A stretch of DNA of 64,000 bases. Origin: Marsupella aquatica. Its lineage: Eukaryota > Plantae > Marchantiophyta. Positions 49,752 through 61,441 of the stretch are shown one piece after another (within the stretch, counting starts at the first letter, position 1; each line of letters starts with the position of its first letter). Position numbers and translations under genes: made by a program. The stretch covers positions 7,988,470 through 8,052,469 of the forward strand of contig OZ316897.1 of NCBI GenBank assembly GCA_973895155.1. The letters run 5' to 3'. Under the pieces are notes generated by a model that searched no databases, was not told where the DNA came from, and was given only the letters and a program-made list of their open reading frames with translations.

Positions 49752-50636
49752 CGCTTACCAAAGACCTGTAAACGCTACTTACTTCAAATAATCCTCGGTC
49801 TTGAATTTTCTTGTCACATCAGAAATCTGGGATCCAGAAACGAAAATTCATCCCATCAATCAAACACCACCCCAACTAATGGAATTTCCTTGCCCAATTC
49901 ATAACCTTCATCAACTTTCTAAAAAGCAGTGACTCTGTCGTCAAGTGTAGAATTAAAGCAGCAACAAACGGCCAGAGCCATTTCTGAAGGTGCTCTGTAT
50001 CCGCTGAAGAATCTAGCCCACAACATCGTCAATCTGCCCTCCCATGAATCTGCTCAGCAACAGAAACCTTGCCACCAGTCTTGAGAATATGTCTGTAAAC
50101 TCGGCGCTCGATCACAGAGCTTGAGTGCTGAGAATAATTTTGTGATCTGCCAAACCAGCACAGCCGGCAGGATCCTCTCCAGCTTCTTGCTCAGATCAGA
50201 ACAGCAAAAATTGCAATGGGGGGGATTTATAACATCATTCTATCTATCTAGTCCTACGGAAATCATCCGAGCGACACCGTTAGAGTCTGGGACGCTGGGC
50301 TGATCGGAACGAAACGAAGAACAGGATTTGAAACAAGAACGAGAAAGAAACGCCGTCCAAGAAAAGATTTACGCTGAAACTATATTTTTTTTCGTGAGAT
50401 TTGTTCCAACGTAAATAAGGACATAAAAAAGTACCTTGCCAAAAAAAAAATTGAGTACACAATTAACAAGACAAAAAAATAATAGCACACACAGAAAGAA
50501 GCCAAACAAAGTAAAATGAAGTGCAAAACAAAAGAAGTCCAAAGAGGGCAATGAAGATGTTTGCAACCCCCTAGTTTTCCGCTGGAAAAGAGCGGAAAAT
50601 AGCGGAAAATACAAACATAGGTAAAATTTGTAATCG

Positions 50637-50718
50637 CGTGGCCGGCAGGATTCGAACCTGCGCGGGCAGAGCCCACATGATTTCTAGTCATGCCCGATAA
50701 CCACTCCGGCACGGCCAC
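50637..50718 (-). tRNA. trnS-AGA: tRNA-Ser(AGA)
   Basis: Reverse complement GTGGCCGTGCCGGAGTGGTTATCGGGCATGACT-AGA-AATCATGTGGGCTCTGCCCGCGCAGGTTCGAATCCTGCCGGCCACG: 82 nt with long variable arm; TTTT terminator at 50626-50623. Confidence 0.97.
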
Positions 50719-50723
50719 TTTAC

Positions 50724-50797
50724 TGCTTCCACTGAGAGTTGAACTCAGGACCTCCCGCTTACTAAACGGGTGCTCTAGCCAACTGAGCTATAGAAGC
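50724..50797 (-). tRNA. trnT-AGU: tRNA-Thr(AGT)
   Basis: Reverse complement GCTTCTATAGCTCAGTTGGCTAGAGCACCCGTTT-AGT-AAGCGGGAGGTCCTGAGTTCAACTCTCAGTGGAAGCA; CAA immediately upstream and a TATA-like element at about -33. Confidence 0.96.
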
Positions 50798-51208
50798 TTG
50801 CTGATGAGACGGCGAATATTTTGCAATATAGCTTATTTGGAGAGATTGTTGAAGGTGGCTTACTCCTTGCTGTCATCTCTTAGTGATCTTACCTAGTCTC
50901 TCACTTCTCAGCTATAGAAGCTTGCTGATGAGACTGTGAATGTTTTGTTATATACATTCTTTTGAGAGATTGTTGAAGGTGGCTTATTCCTTGCTGTTGT
51001 CTCTCAGTGATCATTTCTACTCTCACTTCTTAGAGACATGGCTCGACCAAGCGCGCCATTGTCATGGGCGGGATGCTCTAGCCAAGCTTGATATTGGACT
51101 TGAGAACTATTCATAACATAAAGTTTCATGGGATTGTTGAAGGTACTTGTTCCTGCTCTACCCTCTTACTGAGCTCTTACTGATCATTCCCACTCTCACT
51201 CCTCAGCT
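50786..51208. repeat. 124-bp tandem repeat of the tRNA-Thr upstream region (2 good copies, 1 diverged)
   Basis: AGCTATAGAAGCTTGCTGATGAGAC at 50786 and 50910; GATTGTTGAAGGT in all three units. Confidence 0.85.
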
Positions 51209-51479
51209 AGCACATCATTATGAATGGTGGATTGGACAAGTATGCCTCCTCTTCCTTCTCAGAAACATACTAGCCTCGACTACCCGTTCTTTGAACATGA
51301 ATAGCGGGGGACAATAAAAATGTCACCAAAATATATTCTTTATTCACATTCTTTGAAGGTTAATGAAATGATAAAAATTAATAATCATATATAACATACC
51401 ATACTCTTTTTTCATATACACATATGTTATGGTGGCCATCATAAAAAAATCATGAAAAAAAGTACATATGCTTATCATT

Positions 51480-52060
51480 TCACATACATTTTGGTCATGA
51501 GTTTTCCTCAGAGTTTTCCCATCCACATCATGAGCCATAGAGTTACGGTCAAGAGGCTTCACTCTAGAAGGTTAGGTCTGAACTCTAGCTTGTAGTTAGT
51601 GCTTTATAAGTAAGATGTAGCTCGACAAGACATAGTCACCAGGAAAGAGTTTTGGCATCACCCAAACTAAGAAGCATGAACATTTGTTCAATTCAGAAGT
51701 CAACAAGCAAGGGGTTTGAGTACCCCTTTTTCACATGGCCTTGTTGGGGACAAGCATTTCGAGGGCATCAACCAATCTATATCACTTCAAAGTACACTGT
51801 ATGTGTAGCTTGTTCATGGTCAGAAACATTGAACCATCATAGGATGCAATTGTGGACTACCATTTTGAGGATATCAACCAAAACATCATCACATATCTTC
51901 AATGTACAGAAGTGTGGCTTGATCCTTAGGAGTTTGATTCAAGACAAGAAACATTGCACCATATCATGCAATTGTGGCTGCCACAACACACCCTGTAATC
52001 CAAGCAATCATCTCTTTGTGATGAACTCCAGTCCAAAATCTAGGAAAGCTGCTTGATCAA
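51480..52060 (-). mobile_element. Highly decayed Gypsy-type integrase C-terminal remnant
   Basis: Broken minus-strand frames give PKLFPGDYVL...SRVKPL...DGKTLRKTH..N, resembling the end of Gypsy integrases; many stops. Confidence 0.4.
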
Positions 52061-53038
52061 TTTTTAAAAGGGGTATGAGTTGAATATTCCTGAGGATATT
52101 CCTGTCCCACTTGCAGATTTAGTAACAACACTAGATGTGGACCCTTAGCTCTAGGTACATTAACTTAGATGTGTACATTAGTCCATCCCTCTAGTCCCTT
52201 AGATGGAGAGATATGCTTAGTAGACCCCCTTCTGGAAAAAGTGTGCCTAATCAACCCCCTCGATACTTTTCTCTAATCTGGACTGCTGATGGACCTTTCC
52301 ATTTCAGATCTAGACCGTTGGTAGACCTCAGGGGGTTGATCAAGTAACAAGTTTCATTTTGGGGGTAGATTAAGCAAATACCTCCCCTTAGATGTGTACG
52401 TTTCCCCCTTTTGTAAATGATTCCATTTGCTTCTTTTGCATTGAGGACAGGTCGACTGTAGGCGGCACTCGAGAGATTCATAAACCCTTAAGTTTGACAT
52501 GTCCGTTTTTGCCCCTCCGACAACTTCAACAACCTCAACTTCATGACGTCGGTTCCCTAAACCCTTCTCTCTTGTGAATCCAGTTTTCATTTTCGAAGTG
52601 TAAAGACTTTTGTGATTTTTTTCTTTGTATTTTTGAGTGCATTAATTTCCCTTACAGCCTCCCTTCTTTTGAGGAGGGCATTATGTGAAGTATCACAAAA
52701 ATAGGAAAGGTAAAACCCAAATATAGTGCTACCAAATAAAATAATATAATAACTTTTATCAAAATCACTAGATCTGTTTTTAACTTCTTTCATGTCTTTG
52801 GCCAATTGTGGGCCATTTTCCTTGGATTTTCTATTCAAAGATTTATTTTTTCTTGTTTGTTATTGAAAAATCACTCAAGTTTTTATGCACATTAATGTCC
52901 TAGTTACTGGAATTATGAGAATAATGCGCTCAAAACTTGGGCTATTGCCCACATTTTTCAGGGTATCAAGAACTATAATACAAGGTTGCGCCTTTTTATG
53001 CAGTGGTCGTCATTTGAATTTGAAGGGCACAAAAATCA

Positions 53039-53459
53039 TGTTGGGTATTTACTCTTATGTCTAGGTTAGGTATGACGTGGTTGGTACAACAACATGGTTT
53101 GGTACAACTACGTGGTTAGGTACAACTACGTGATTAGGTACAACAATGTAGTTAGGTACAACTACGTGATTAGGTACAACAATGTGGTTAGGTTAACTAA
53201 GTTGCACACTATATCATAAGAGGCACGTGTGCTTGGAGAGGGAGAACCAAGGCTCATTGTTATGGAGCCACTTGAGAGATAGGGAGAGCTTACACTGTGG
53301 AGACTCGGTATAGCCGACGGGCTTAGAGTTCAGTAAAGCTCTCTTGTGTGTTCCCGTGGACGTAGCCTCAAGGAGGTGAACCACGTATCTCTTGTGTCGA
53401 CTACTTGCATGTTGGATATGTCATGTGCTTACCGTTGCGATTATCGTCTATACTCAATA
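53039..53459 (+). repeat. 5' LTR (421 bp)
   Basis: TGTTGGG...CTCAATA (terminal CA mutated to TA); six ~18-bp GGTTAGGTACAAC units. Confidence 0.95.
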
Positions 53460-54207
53460 ATTGGTATCAGAGCATGCCTAGGAGGTGACGTGTGTTCGTG
53501 ACGGTTTTTTCCAACGTTGAGTGTCGGTGGATTTCCCAGAGTTCCGTCGCATAGAACTTGGAGTTTATGGGCTCAACGGATAGATCAGGGCAAGGGCTTT
53601 CTAACGGTGTGAACAAATCGCTAAACGGAGCTCGTGGTGCGAAGAGATCTAAGTTTTTGTCATTCTGGATTTTGTGAAGAAAGTCGGCAATATTCGTGTT
53701 CGACGGTTTTTCGGAGGAGGGACCAGATTTTGTTTACTCGACGGTGTGAGCTCTACGGCGAAGGAAGCGTCGCATGTTATAGCTCCATTTGTAGATCGGG
53801 ATGATCTGATCATTTCGGTAGCTGGTTTGTTGCCGAGTGTGTAACGAGTACGTCACAACGAGCAAAAGAAGTGTTCTGATTTTTTGACCGGCTATGGAGT
53901 CTTCTTTTGCCTGAGTGGGGTTTCTTGTTGTTGCAATCGACTCGGAGGGAGAAGCGTCAAGTGTTTTGACTCAACGAAGAGATTGAGGCAAGACAATTGT
54001 TTTGAGTCCGGGATTGGCTCTTGATGCGAAGAGGAAGGCTAAGAAAAATCATTTACCTTGTTGGACTTGGTGACGGCACCGAGTGCAATTCATCAACATT
54101 CATTGTTGACAAGCATTGGAAAACTAGGCTCGTGGGCTACGTGGCAGTGATAACCTTTGAGTTTTTTGAGAAGTTAAGAAAAACGTCATTTTTTCTTGAT
54201 TTCTCAC

Positions 54208-57200
54208 ATGAGTGACTTGGAGGAGGGTTCTATTGAGTCACCGGAGAGAACAGAGGAGGAAGCAGAAGATCTAGCGGAATTGTGGTCACCGGTATTGCGG
54301 CAAGTGACAAGAAAAAGGATGGGGACAATCAAGCTTGGAGGTCCCAAGTTTGAGGTTACGAAATACGATGGCCGCATGGACTACTTGTTGTGGGAGCGAC
54401 AAGTGAAGGGGGTACTCCGTGCGACCGGGCTTGGGAAATTGCTGAAAGACCAGCCAAATGATGTCGACAATGATGATTGGCAGGACATGTAGGAGCAGGC
54501 TGTGAGCATCGTGATGCTCTATCTTCAGCCTAATGTCATCAAGCAATTGGCAGACCATGTCAATTGTGCATCATTGTTTACCGCGTTGGAGCAAAAGTAC
54601 CATCAAAAGGAGCTATCGAATCGGCTCTACACATCTTTGAAGCTTATGAGCTTCAAGATGAAGGAGGGAAGTGCAAAGATTCAGGACCATATTGATGGTT
54701 TCAACGACCTGGTCGTTGATTTGCAAAATCTGGGGGAGGATTTGAGTGATGAGCGGCAGGCTCTTCACTTGCTTAGCTCTTTACCCTTGTCGTATCAGTC
54801 ATTGTCACGAGTGCTGCTTCATCATGACAGGAAGACTATCACTTACAATGAAGTTGTAAGTGCTCTGTTGACTGATGACTTGCAGCAGAAATTGACCATG
54901 CCCTCTCAGCCATCATCGTCGTCTGGTGCTGCCTTGAATGTGAATCGTGGGAGGTCACAGAAGCATCCAGAGCACCACATGAATGGCAGGGGAAGAAGTA
55001 AATCTAGGACAAGATTTGCTTCAAGGGGGAAGTCCCAAGAGAAGAAGCCGGTGGTATGCTGGAAGTGTGGCAAGACTGGCCACATTAAGAGGGATTGTAA
55101 GGGTAAGGCAGCTGAATCTTCATTAGCCAATGTGGCTAGTGTTGATGGAGAAGTTGATTTACTCAACGATGAGTATGTTTTATGAAGTCAGGAGTATGCC
55201 CTATGCACATCATCTGGAGAGTAAATGATGTGTGGATTCTTGATTGTGCTTGCTCCTTTCACATTTGTTACATTCGCGAGTATTTCAATTCTTATTCTAT
55301 GTCAAACGGTTCAATTTTGATGGGAAATGATCACTCCTGTCAAGTTGAGGGTATTGGGTCTGTAAAGATTCAAATGTTTGATGGCATTGTGCGCACAGTG
55401 TCCGGAGTCAGGTTCATACCTGGCATGCGTAAGAATTTGATTTCACTCGGTGTGTTGGATACAAATGGTCATCAATGGCGAGTAATTGATGGTGAACTTC
55501 AAGTCATCGGGAGAGACAGTGATTTTGAAGGGGCGCAGACAAAAGAATTTGTATGTGTTGTAGGGCAATACAATATGTGGAGAAACCAATATGACCAAGT
55601 CTCACGAGGAAATGACTCAACTGTGGCATTCATGGCTAGGCCACATGAGTGAGAAGGGTTTGGCTATCTTGCAGAAGAATGGGCTCATTTCTGATTTACA
55701 GTCTTGTAAATTGGATTTATGTGAACATTGCATTTTTGAAAAACAGCATCGTCGTGCTTTCGGTGTTGGAACTCATCATTCCAAAGCGGTTCTTGAGTAC
55801 ATACATAGTGACGTGTGGGGACCATCCTCGACTCCCTCACATTCTGGAAAATTGTACTATGTATCCTTTATTGACGATTACTCAAGATTTGTACGGATTT
55901 ATTTCATGACGCATAAGTCTGATGTCTTCTCCATTTTTACAAAGTGGAAGGCCCAAGTAGAGAATCAGACAAGAAACACGATTAAGTATTTGGATACAAG
56001 GGTGAAGAGTCTAAGGTCAGACAACGGCGGGGAGTACACTTCAATAGAATTTGAAGAGTACTGTGCAGAACAGGGGATAACTCGTCATCTCACCACAGTT
56101 TATACTCCACAGCAGAATGGTGTAGCTGAGAGGCTCAATCGAACACTATTGGAGCGGTCACGGAGTATGCTGAGCCAATCAGGTTTACCACAGGAATTTT
56201 GGGCAGAAGCTATCAATACTGCAGCTTATTTGGTAAATCTTTCTCCTTCTAGTGCAATCAATTTCAAAACGCCGTTTGAAATGCGTTATAAGCGGCAAGC
56301 AGACTATCATGGCTTGGTAGTTTTTGGAAGTGATGCATATGCTCTCACACCAAAGCAGAATAAGACCAAGTTGGATCCTACGTCCAAGAAATGTATTTTT
56401 CTTGGGTATCAGAGTGGTGTGAAGGCCTACAGGTTATGGGATCCTATTGCCTGTAAGCTCGTTGTTAGTAGGGATGTTTCTTTCAATGAATCCAGATTAT
56501 TGAAGGAGGGGGAGAATACTCAGGTCTCCCGTACTGACAAAGGAAAATCTCCTATCCCGGATCTCGTTGAGGGGGAGATTGATCATGAAGTGCATGATCG
56601 GAGAGAAGGAGGTGCTCCAAGCATGGAGCTGGTTCCTGTGCCAGAGGAACAAAAGGAGTTTATTGATGCTGGTGAGCAGCAAATGGATGTTGCTGAGCTT
56701 CAAATTATACCAGTAGACCCAATTCAACCGGAGTCATCGACTAGAAGAACATCTGGTCGTACTGTACGCGCTCCTCCTAGGTATGGACAGTGGGTTGATT
56801 CATCTCAACTGCAAGAGGATGATTTTGCAGCTGATGATGAGGGTGATCCGTTAATTTTGGAAGAAGAGGAACCTTCTTCATTTAATGAGGCAAGTGCTTC
56901 AAAGGAGAAGCAGAAGTGGACTGCATCAATGCAAACGGAGATGCAGTCACTAAAGGACAACAAAACTTGGGAGCTTGTTAAGCTGCCTAAGGGTCAGCAA
57001 GTGGTGGACAGCAAGTGGATTTACAAGCTGAAGGATAATTCCATAGGAGGTGGATCGAAGGTCTACAAGGCTAGGTTGGTAGCAAAGGGATTCACACAAG
57101 AGAAAGGTGTGGATTACAATGAGGTCTTCTCACCAGTTGCTAAATACTCTACAATACGACTATTGTGTGTACTTGTTGTAATGTTTGGTCTGCTGCTAGA

Positions 57201-58455
57201 TCAGATGGATGTTGTCACAGCTTTCCTCTATGGCACCTTGGAAGAGGTGATCTTCATGAGACAACCGCTAGGTTTTGTGAAGAGAGGACAGGAGGAATTG
57301 GTTTGCAGATTGCTGAAATCCTTGTATGGGTTGAAGCAGTCACCAAGATAGTGGAACAAGCGGTTTGACGATTGGATTCGGTCACAAGGTTTTCACAGAA
57401 GTGTATTTGACCGTTGTGTATATTTAAAACCGGTGAAGAATGTTGTCTTTGGGTTCATTGTTTTAGTACTTTATGTGGATGACATGCTTATTGCGGCCAA
57501 GGATAGGTCTGAGATTGTTAAGCTTAAGGCACTGCTCAGTGCAGAGTTTAAGATGAAGGACCTAGGGCCAGCTAAGAGGATTTTGGCTATGGAGATCACT
57601 AGGGACTTGGAGGCTAGTAAGCTATGGTTGACACAGAGCAGTTATGCGAGGAAGGTAATTGCTAGGTTCAACATGGGGGATAGCAAGCCAGTAAGTACCC
57701 ATTTGGCTGCACACTTCAAATTATCATAAGCTTTCTGTCCCACAGATTTGACAGAGAAGGGGCTGATGTCAAAGGTTCTTTATGATAAGGCAGTGGGAAC
57801 TCTCATGTATTTGATGACTTGCACTAGACCTGATCTTGCCATGGCTATGGGCAAGGTGAGTAGGTACATGTCAAATCCAGGGAAGGTACATTGGGAAGTA
57901 GTGAAGTGGATTATCAGGTACTTGAAGGGTACCGTGGATCATGGTCTTTTATTTGATGCGAATGCAAAGAATGCTAGATCATTGATTGGCTATGTAGATT
58001 TTGACTATGGACAAGATTTGGACCGAAGGAGATCAACAACAGGATACGTGTTCACACTTGGCGGTGGATGCATAAGTTGGAGGTCTACTTTGCAGAAGTG
58101 TATTGCTCAGTCTACTACAGAAGCGGAGTATGTTGCAGCTGCGAAAGCAGCAAAGGAAGCGATTTGGTTGGATAGACTTATCACTGAAATGGGATTGCCA
58201 CAGGGGAATGTAAAGCTCCATTGTGATAGTCAAAGTGCGCTCCACCTTGCTGTGAACCAGGTGATGGACAACAAAGTGAAGCACATTGATGTCAGGTACC
58301 ATTTTATCAGGCAGGGTGTGTTTGATAATTTGTTTGAGCTAGTCAAGATTGATGGTAAACTCAACCCGGCTGACGCATTTACCAAAGTGATTCTTTTGGA
58401 GAGTTTCTCTAGACACCATGACGTATTGCAGGTTTTGCAATTGCATCACAAGTAG
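54208..58455 (+). pseudogene. Copia gag-pol, disrupted
   Basis: Motifs CWKCGKTGHIKRDC, WILDCAC, HSWLGH..CEHC, RSDNGGEY, QNGVAER, KARLVAKG, QMDVVTAFL, YVDDML, EAEY, HIDVRYHF. Stops at 54490, 55183, 57349 and 57727; frameshifts near 55215 and 55510-55565. Confidence 0.95.
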
Positions 58456-58645
58456 AGTTTTCTTAACATTCATTGTAATTACTGATATATGCTCTTCCTC
58501 ATTCCTATGTATAAGGCTACGGCTTAGTTCTGGTTTGCTCTAGTTAGAGAGGAAAACCGGTTTGGTTTTTGTCCAGAACTTCCCGCTGAGGGATCATATA
58601 CATTGACAGTATTACTCTCCCCTAGACCAGAGTCAAGGGGAAGAT

Positions 58646-59085
58646 TGTTGGGTATTTACTCTTATGTCTAGGTTAGGTATGACGTGGGTTGGTACAACAA
58701 CGTGGGTTGGTACAACTACGTGATTAGGTACAACTACGTGATTAGGTACAACTACGTGATTAGGTACAACAATGTGGTTAGGTACAACTACGTGATTAGG
58801 TACAACAATGTGGTTAGGTTAACTAAGTTGCACACTATATCATAAGAAGCACGTGTGCTTGGAGAGGGAGAACCAAGGCTCATTGTTATGGAGCCACTTG
58901 AGAGATAGGGAGAGTTTACACTGTGGAGACTCGGTATAGCCGACGGGCTTAGAGTTCAGTAAAGCTCTCTTGTGTGTTCCCGTGGACGTAGCCTCAAGGA
59001 GGTGAACCACATATCTCTTGTGTCGACTACTTGCATGTTGGATATGTCATGTGCTTACCATTGCGATTATCGTCTATACTCAACA
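58646..59085 (+). repeat. 3' LTR (440 bp)
   Basis: TGTTGGG...CTCAACA; seven ~18-bp units. Confidence 0.95.
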
Positions 59086-60029
59086 AATCAAAGAATCTGA
59101 CAAACAGAAAGAATAAACCAAAATTGAATAATGTTTAGTGTGAAGTAAAGCGTGCACGTTTTCCAATCAAGAAATAAAGGGAATGCCATGAATACCAATG
59201 CACAATAATCAAGTACTTTCTGGACATATAAGTATAGTACTATCAATGCATAGGAAACCATCCATGCATAGACATAGTACTTTCCATACCTAGACATTCA
59301 TATCAAGTACCCCCATGATAATCTATGTCAATTACAAATTAACTCCTATAATACACACTTGCGCCACTTTTTGAAGTGATCGGTCATTCAAAATTTACAT
59401 TTCCAAGCCAAGTGAAAGAAATCAAATATGCAAAGCAAAGCTAAGAGAACAAATAAAAATAAACCCACAGCAAAATATGAAGGGAGCAGAATACTTCTTG
59501 ATATTCCTCATCACTTTAGCAGGTAAAGTACTTACTTTTGATGCCATCATAGTATTCAAAAATACACTCTTTTATCTAATCCCTCCCAGGCCATTGTCTT
59601 ATTTGTATTGACCCTGCCTCAATGTACACCTGATGTGCATGCAATGCAAGGAAAGTGTATACACTCATTCACCGTGGTACTCATATGAATGAAATCATTT
59701 TATAAAAAAAAATATACTTGGCAAAATTCAATATATACATTTGGATGAGATAACAAGGTGTTGGGGGCCAAACCACTCTTGGCTGGGGTGACAGGGTTTT
59801 GGGACACATATATAAAGGGACAACCACATTTGACAACATCAAAAACTATAATAAGGTGTTGTGCCTTTTTTTTGCCATGGTCGTCATTTGAATTTACAGG
59901 GCCAACTTGGGTGTAAGAAATTCAGTATGGAAAAAAACCAAAGCAATAGAGACCAAAGTTGGCCCTCACACCAGCTCCTGAGGTCAACTTCCATCTGATT
60001 GCGGCAAAAGCACCGAGCAGAGGCAAGTA

Positions 60030-60500
60030 AAATGTTGTGCGGCCAGCCTCTACTACGAGTGGGGCGACCACCCTACCGCCTTGCTCCGCACGCCAACCGT
60101 AGACTGCCGCATTCTTGCGGTCAACCTCCCACCACCCTCCTTCCCCAACCCAATTACCCGGGGCAGCCCTGCCTCGCCCCACTCTCCCCCTCTTCCCTTC
60201 TCCCCTGCCCGACTCTTTTTAACGACATATTTTTACTTGACATCTTCTTAACGATATCTGTCACATGACAACTTCTTTGGTGACACAACTTCTTTGTTTT
60301 AATGACATCTTCTTACTTGATGACATCGTTTACATAAAGACCTCTTTGGCGACACAACTTCTTTTTTTAATGACATCTTTTATATAACAACATCATTGGC
60401 AACACGACCCTGGACACGACCTCTATTTTCTTAACGATATCTTGGGCCGACACAACCCCGGACACGACATCTTTTGTGCAACGCATGAGTATTGAACTAG
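60030..60500 (+). mobile_element. Non-autonomous Helitron 3' portion
   Basis: Ends GTGCAACGCATGAGTATTGAACTAG^T (hairpin plus CTAG followed by T); preceded by GACATCTT repeats and a C-rich tract. The 5' boundary is not defined. Confidence 0.65.
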
Positions 60501-60542
60501 TTGTATTTTATAATGCCCTCTAACCAAGACATTATCCTATTC

Positions 60543-61057
60543 TTAATTGTGTGGGATGAGAGGTCGACTGTAGACGACAGCAGAGTAAAAAGTCAGGCGG
60601 CACTCGAGAGATTCATAAACCCCTTTCTCCTCAACCAAGTCTTCATTTTTGAAGCTTATTGTATGGGATGAGAGATCGACTGTAGACGACAACTTAAAAA
60701 GTCAGGCGTCACTCGAGAGATTTGTAAACCCCTTTCTCCTGAGTCCAGTTTTCATTTCTGAAGCTTAATTGTGTGCGACGAGAGATCGACTGTGGACGAC
60801 AACAGAGTAAAAGGTCAGGCGGCACTCGAGAGATTCATAATTCCCTAATTTTGACTCTAAAGCTTATTGTGTGCGACGAGAGATCGACTGAAGACGACAA
60901 CAGAGTAAAAAGAAAAGTCAGGCGGCACTCGAGAGATTCATGAATCCCTAAGTTTGACTCTAAAGCTTATTGTGTGCGACGAGAGATCGACTGAAGACGA
61001 CAACAGAGTAAAAAGTCAGGCGGCACTCGAGAGATTCATAAACCCCTAAGTTTGACA
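60543..61057. repeat. ~98-113-bp tandem repeat, 5 copies, in the midasin promoter
   Basis: Units start at ~60543, 60656, 60765, 60863 and 60967; core GAGA(G/A)TCGACTG.AGACGAC...GTCAGGCGGCACTCGAGAGATTCAT. Confidence 0.92.
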
Positions 61058-61085
61058 GGGCCTTTGTGGGCGTATCGCATTACAG

Positions 61086-61102
61086 AAACCCTAAACCCTA
61101 AA
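61086..61102 (+). promoter_or_regulatory. Tandem telo-boxes (AAACCCTA) upstream of midasin
   Basis: AAACCCTAAACCCTAAA with GGGCC/TGGGCG just upstream. Telo-box plus site II is an established promoter module of plant ribosome-biogenesis genes. Confidence 0.65.
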
Positions 61103-61210
61103 CTCGCCCCCCTTTACCGGCCATTACTCCCTGCCGGGTTTCTGGATTTCACGTATGTCTTCCTGCTTTTTCTCGAGGTCGCCCGGGACCTCTCCCTGTA
61201 GACAGACGGA

Positions 61211-61385
61211 ATGGGGATACATAGTGTGAGGTGCTCACGTTTGCAACGCTGGTCATTTGGAAGAAAGAATTTGAAGGATGATGGGAATACATAGTGGGAG
61301 GTGCTCACGTTTGCAACGCTGGTCATTTCGAAGAAAGAATTTGAAGGATGATGGGAATCCATAGTTTGAGGTGCTCATATTTGCA
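61211..61385. repeat. 70-bp tandem repeat (~2.5 copies), probably in a 5'UTR intron of midasin
   Basis: ATGGG.AT.CATAGT..GAGGTGCTCA at 61211, 61281 and 61351; between GTATGT (~61153) and CAG (61423). Confidence 0.85.
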
Positions 61386-61441
61386 TTGGCGAGTTTGAAT
61401 TTTCGAGAATTCTCTTTGGACAGGTTGGTCAGACGGGCAAG

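Larger units (their letters stand above)
53039..59085 (+). mobile_element. Full-length Ty1/Copia LTR retrotransposon (inactivated)
   Basis: LTRs 53039-53459 and 58646-59085; TSD AATCA (53034-53038 and 59086-59090); PBS TGGTATCAGAGC 53462-53473 (tRNA-iMet); PPT ~58631-58645; gag-PR-IN-RT-RH order. Confidence 0.98.

Noticed and set aside
50380-50896. ORFs overlapping the tRNAs
   Set aside because: Translation artefacts of the tRNA genes.
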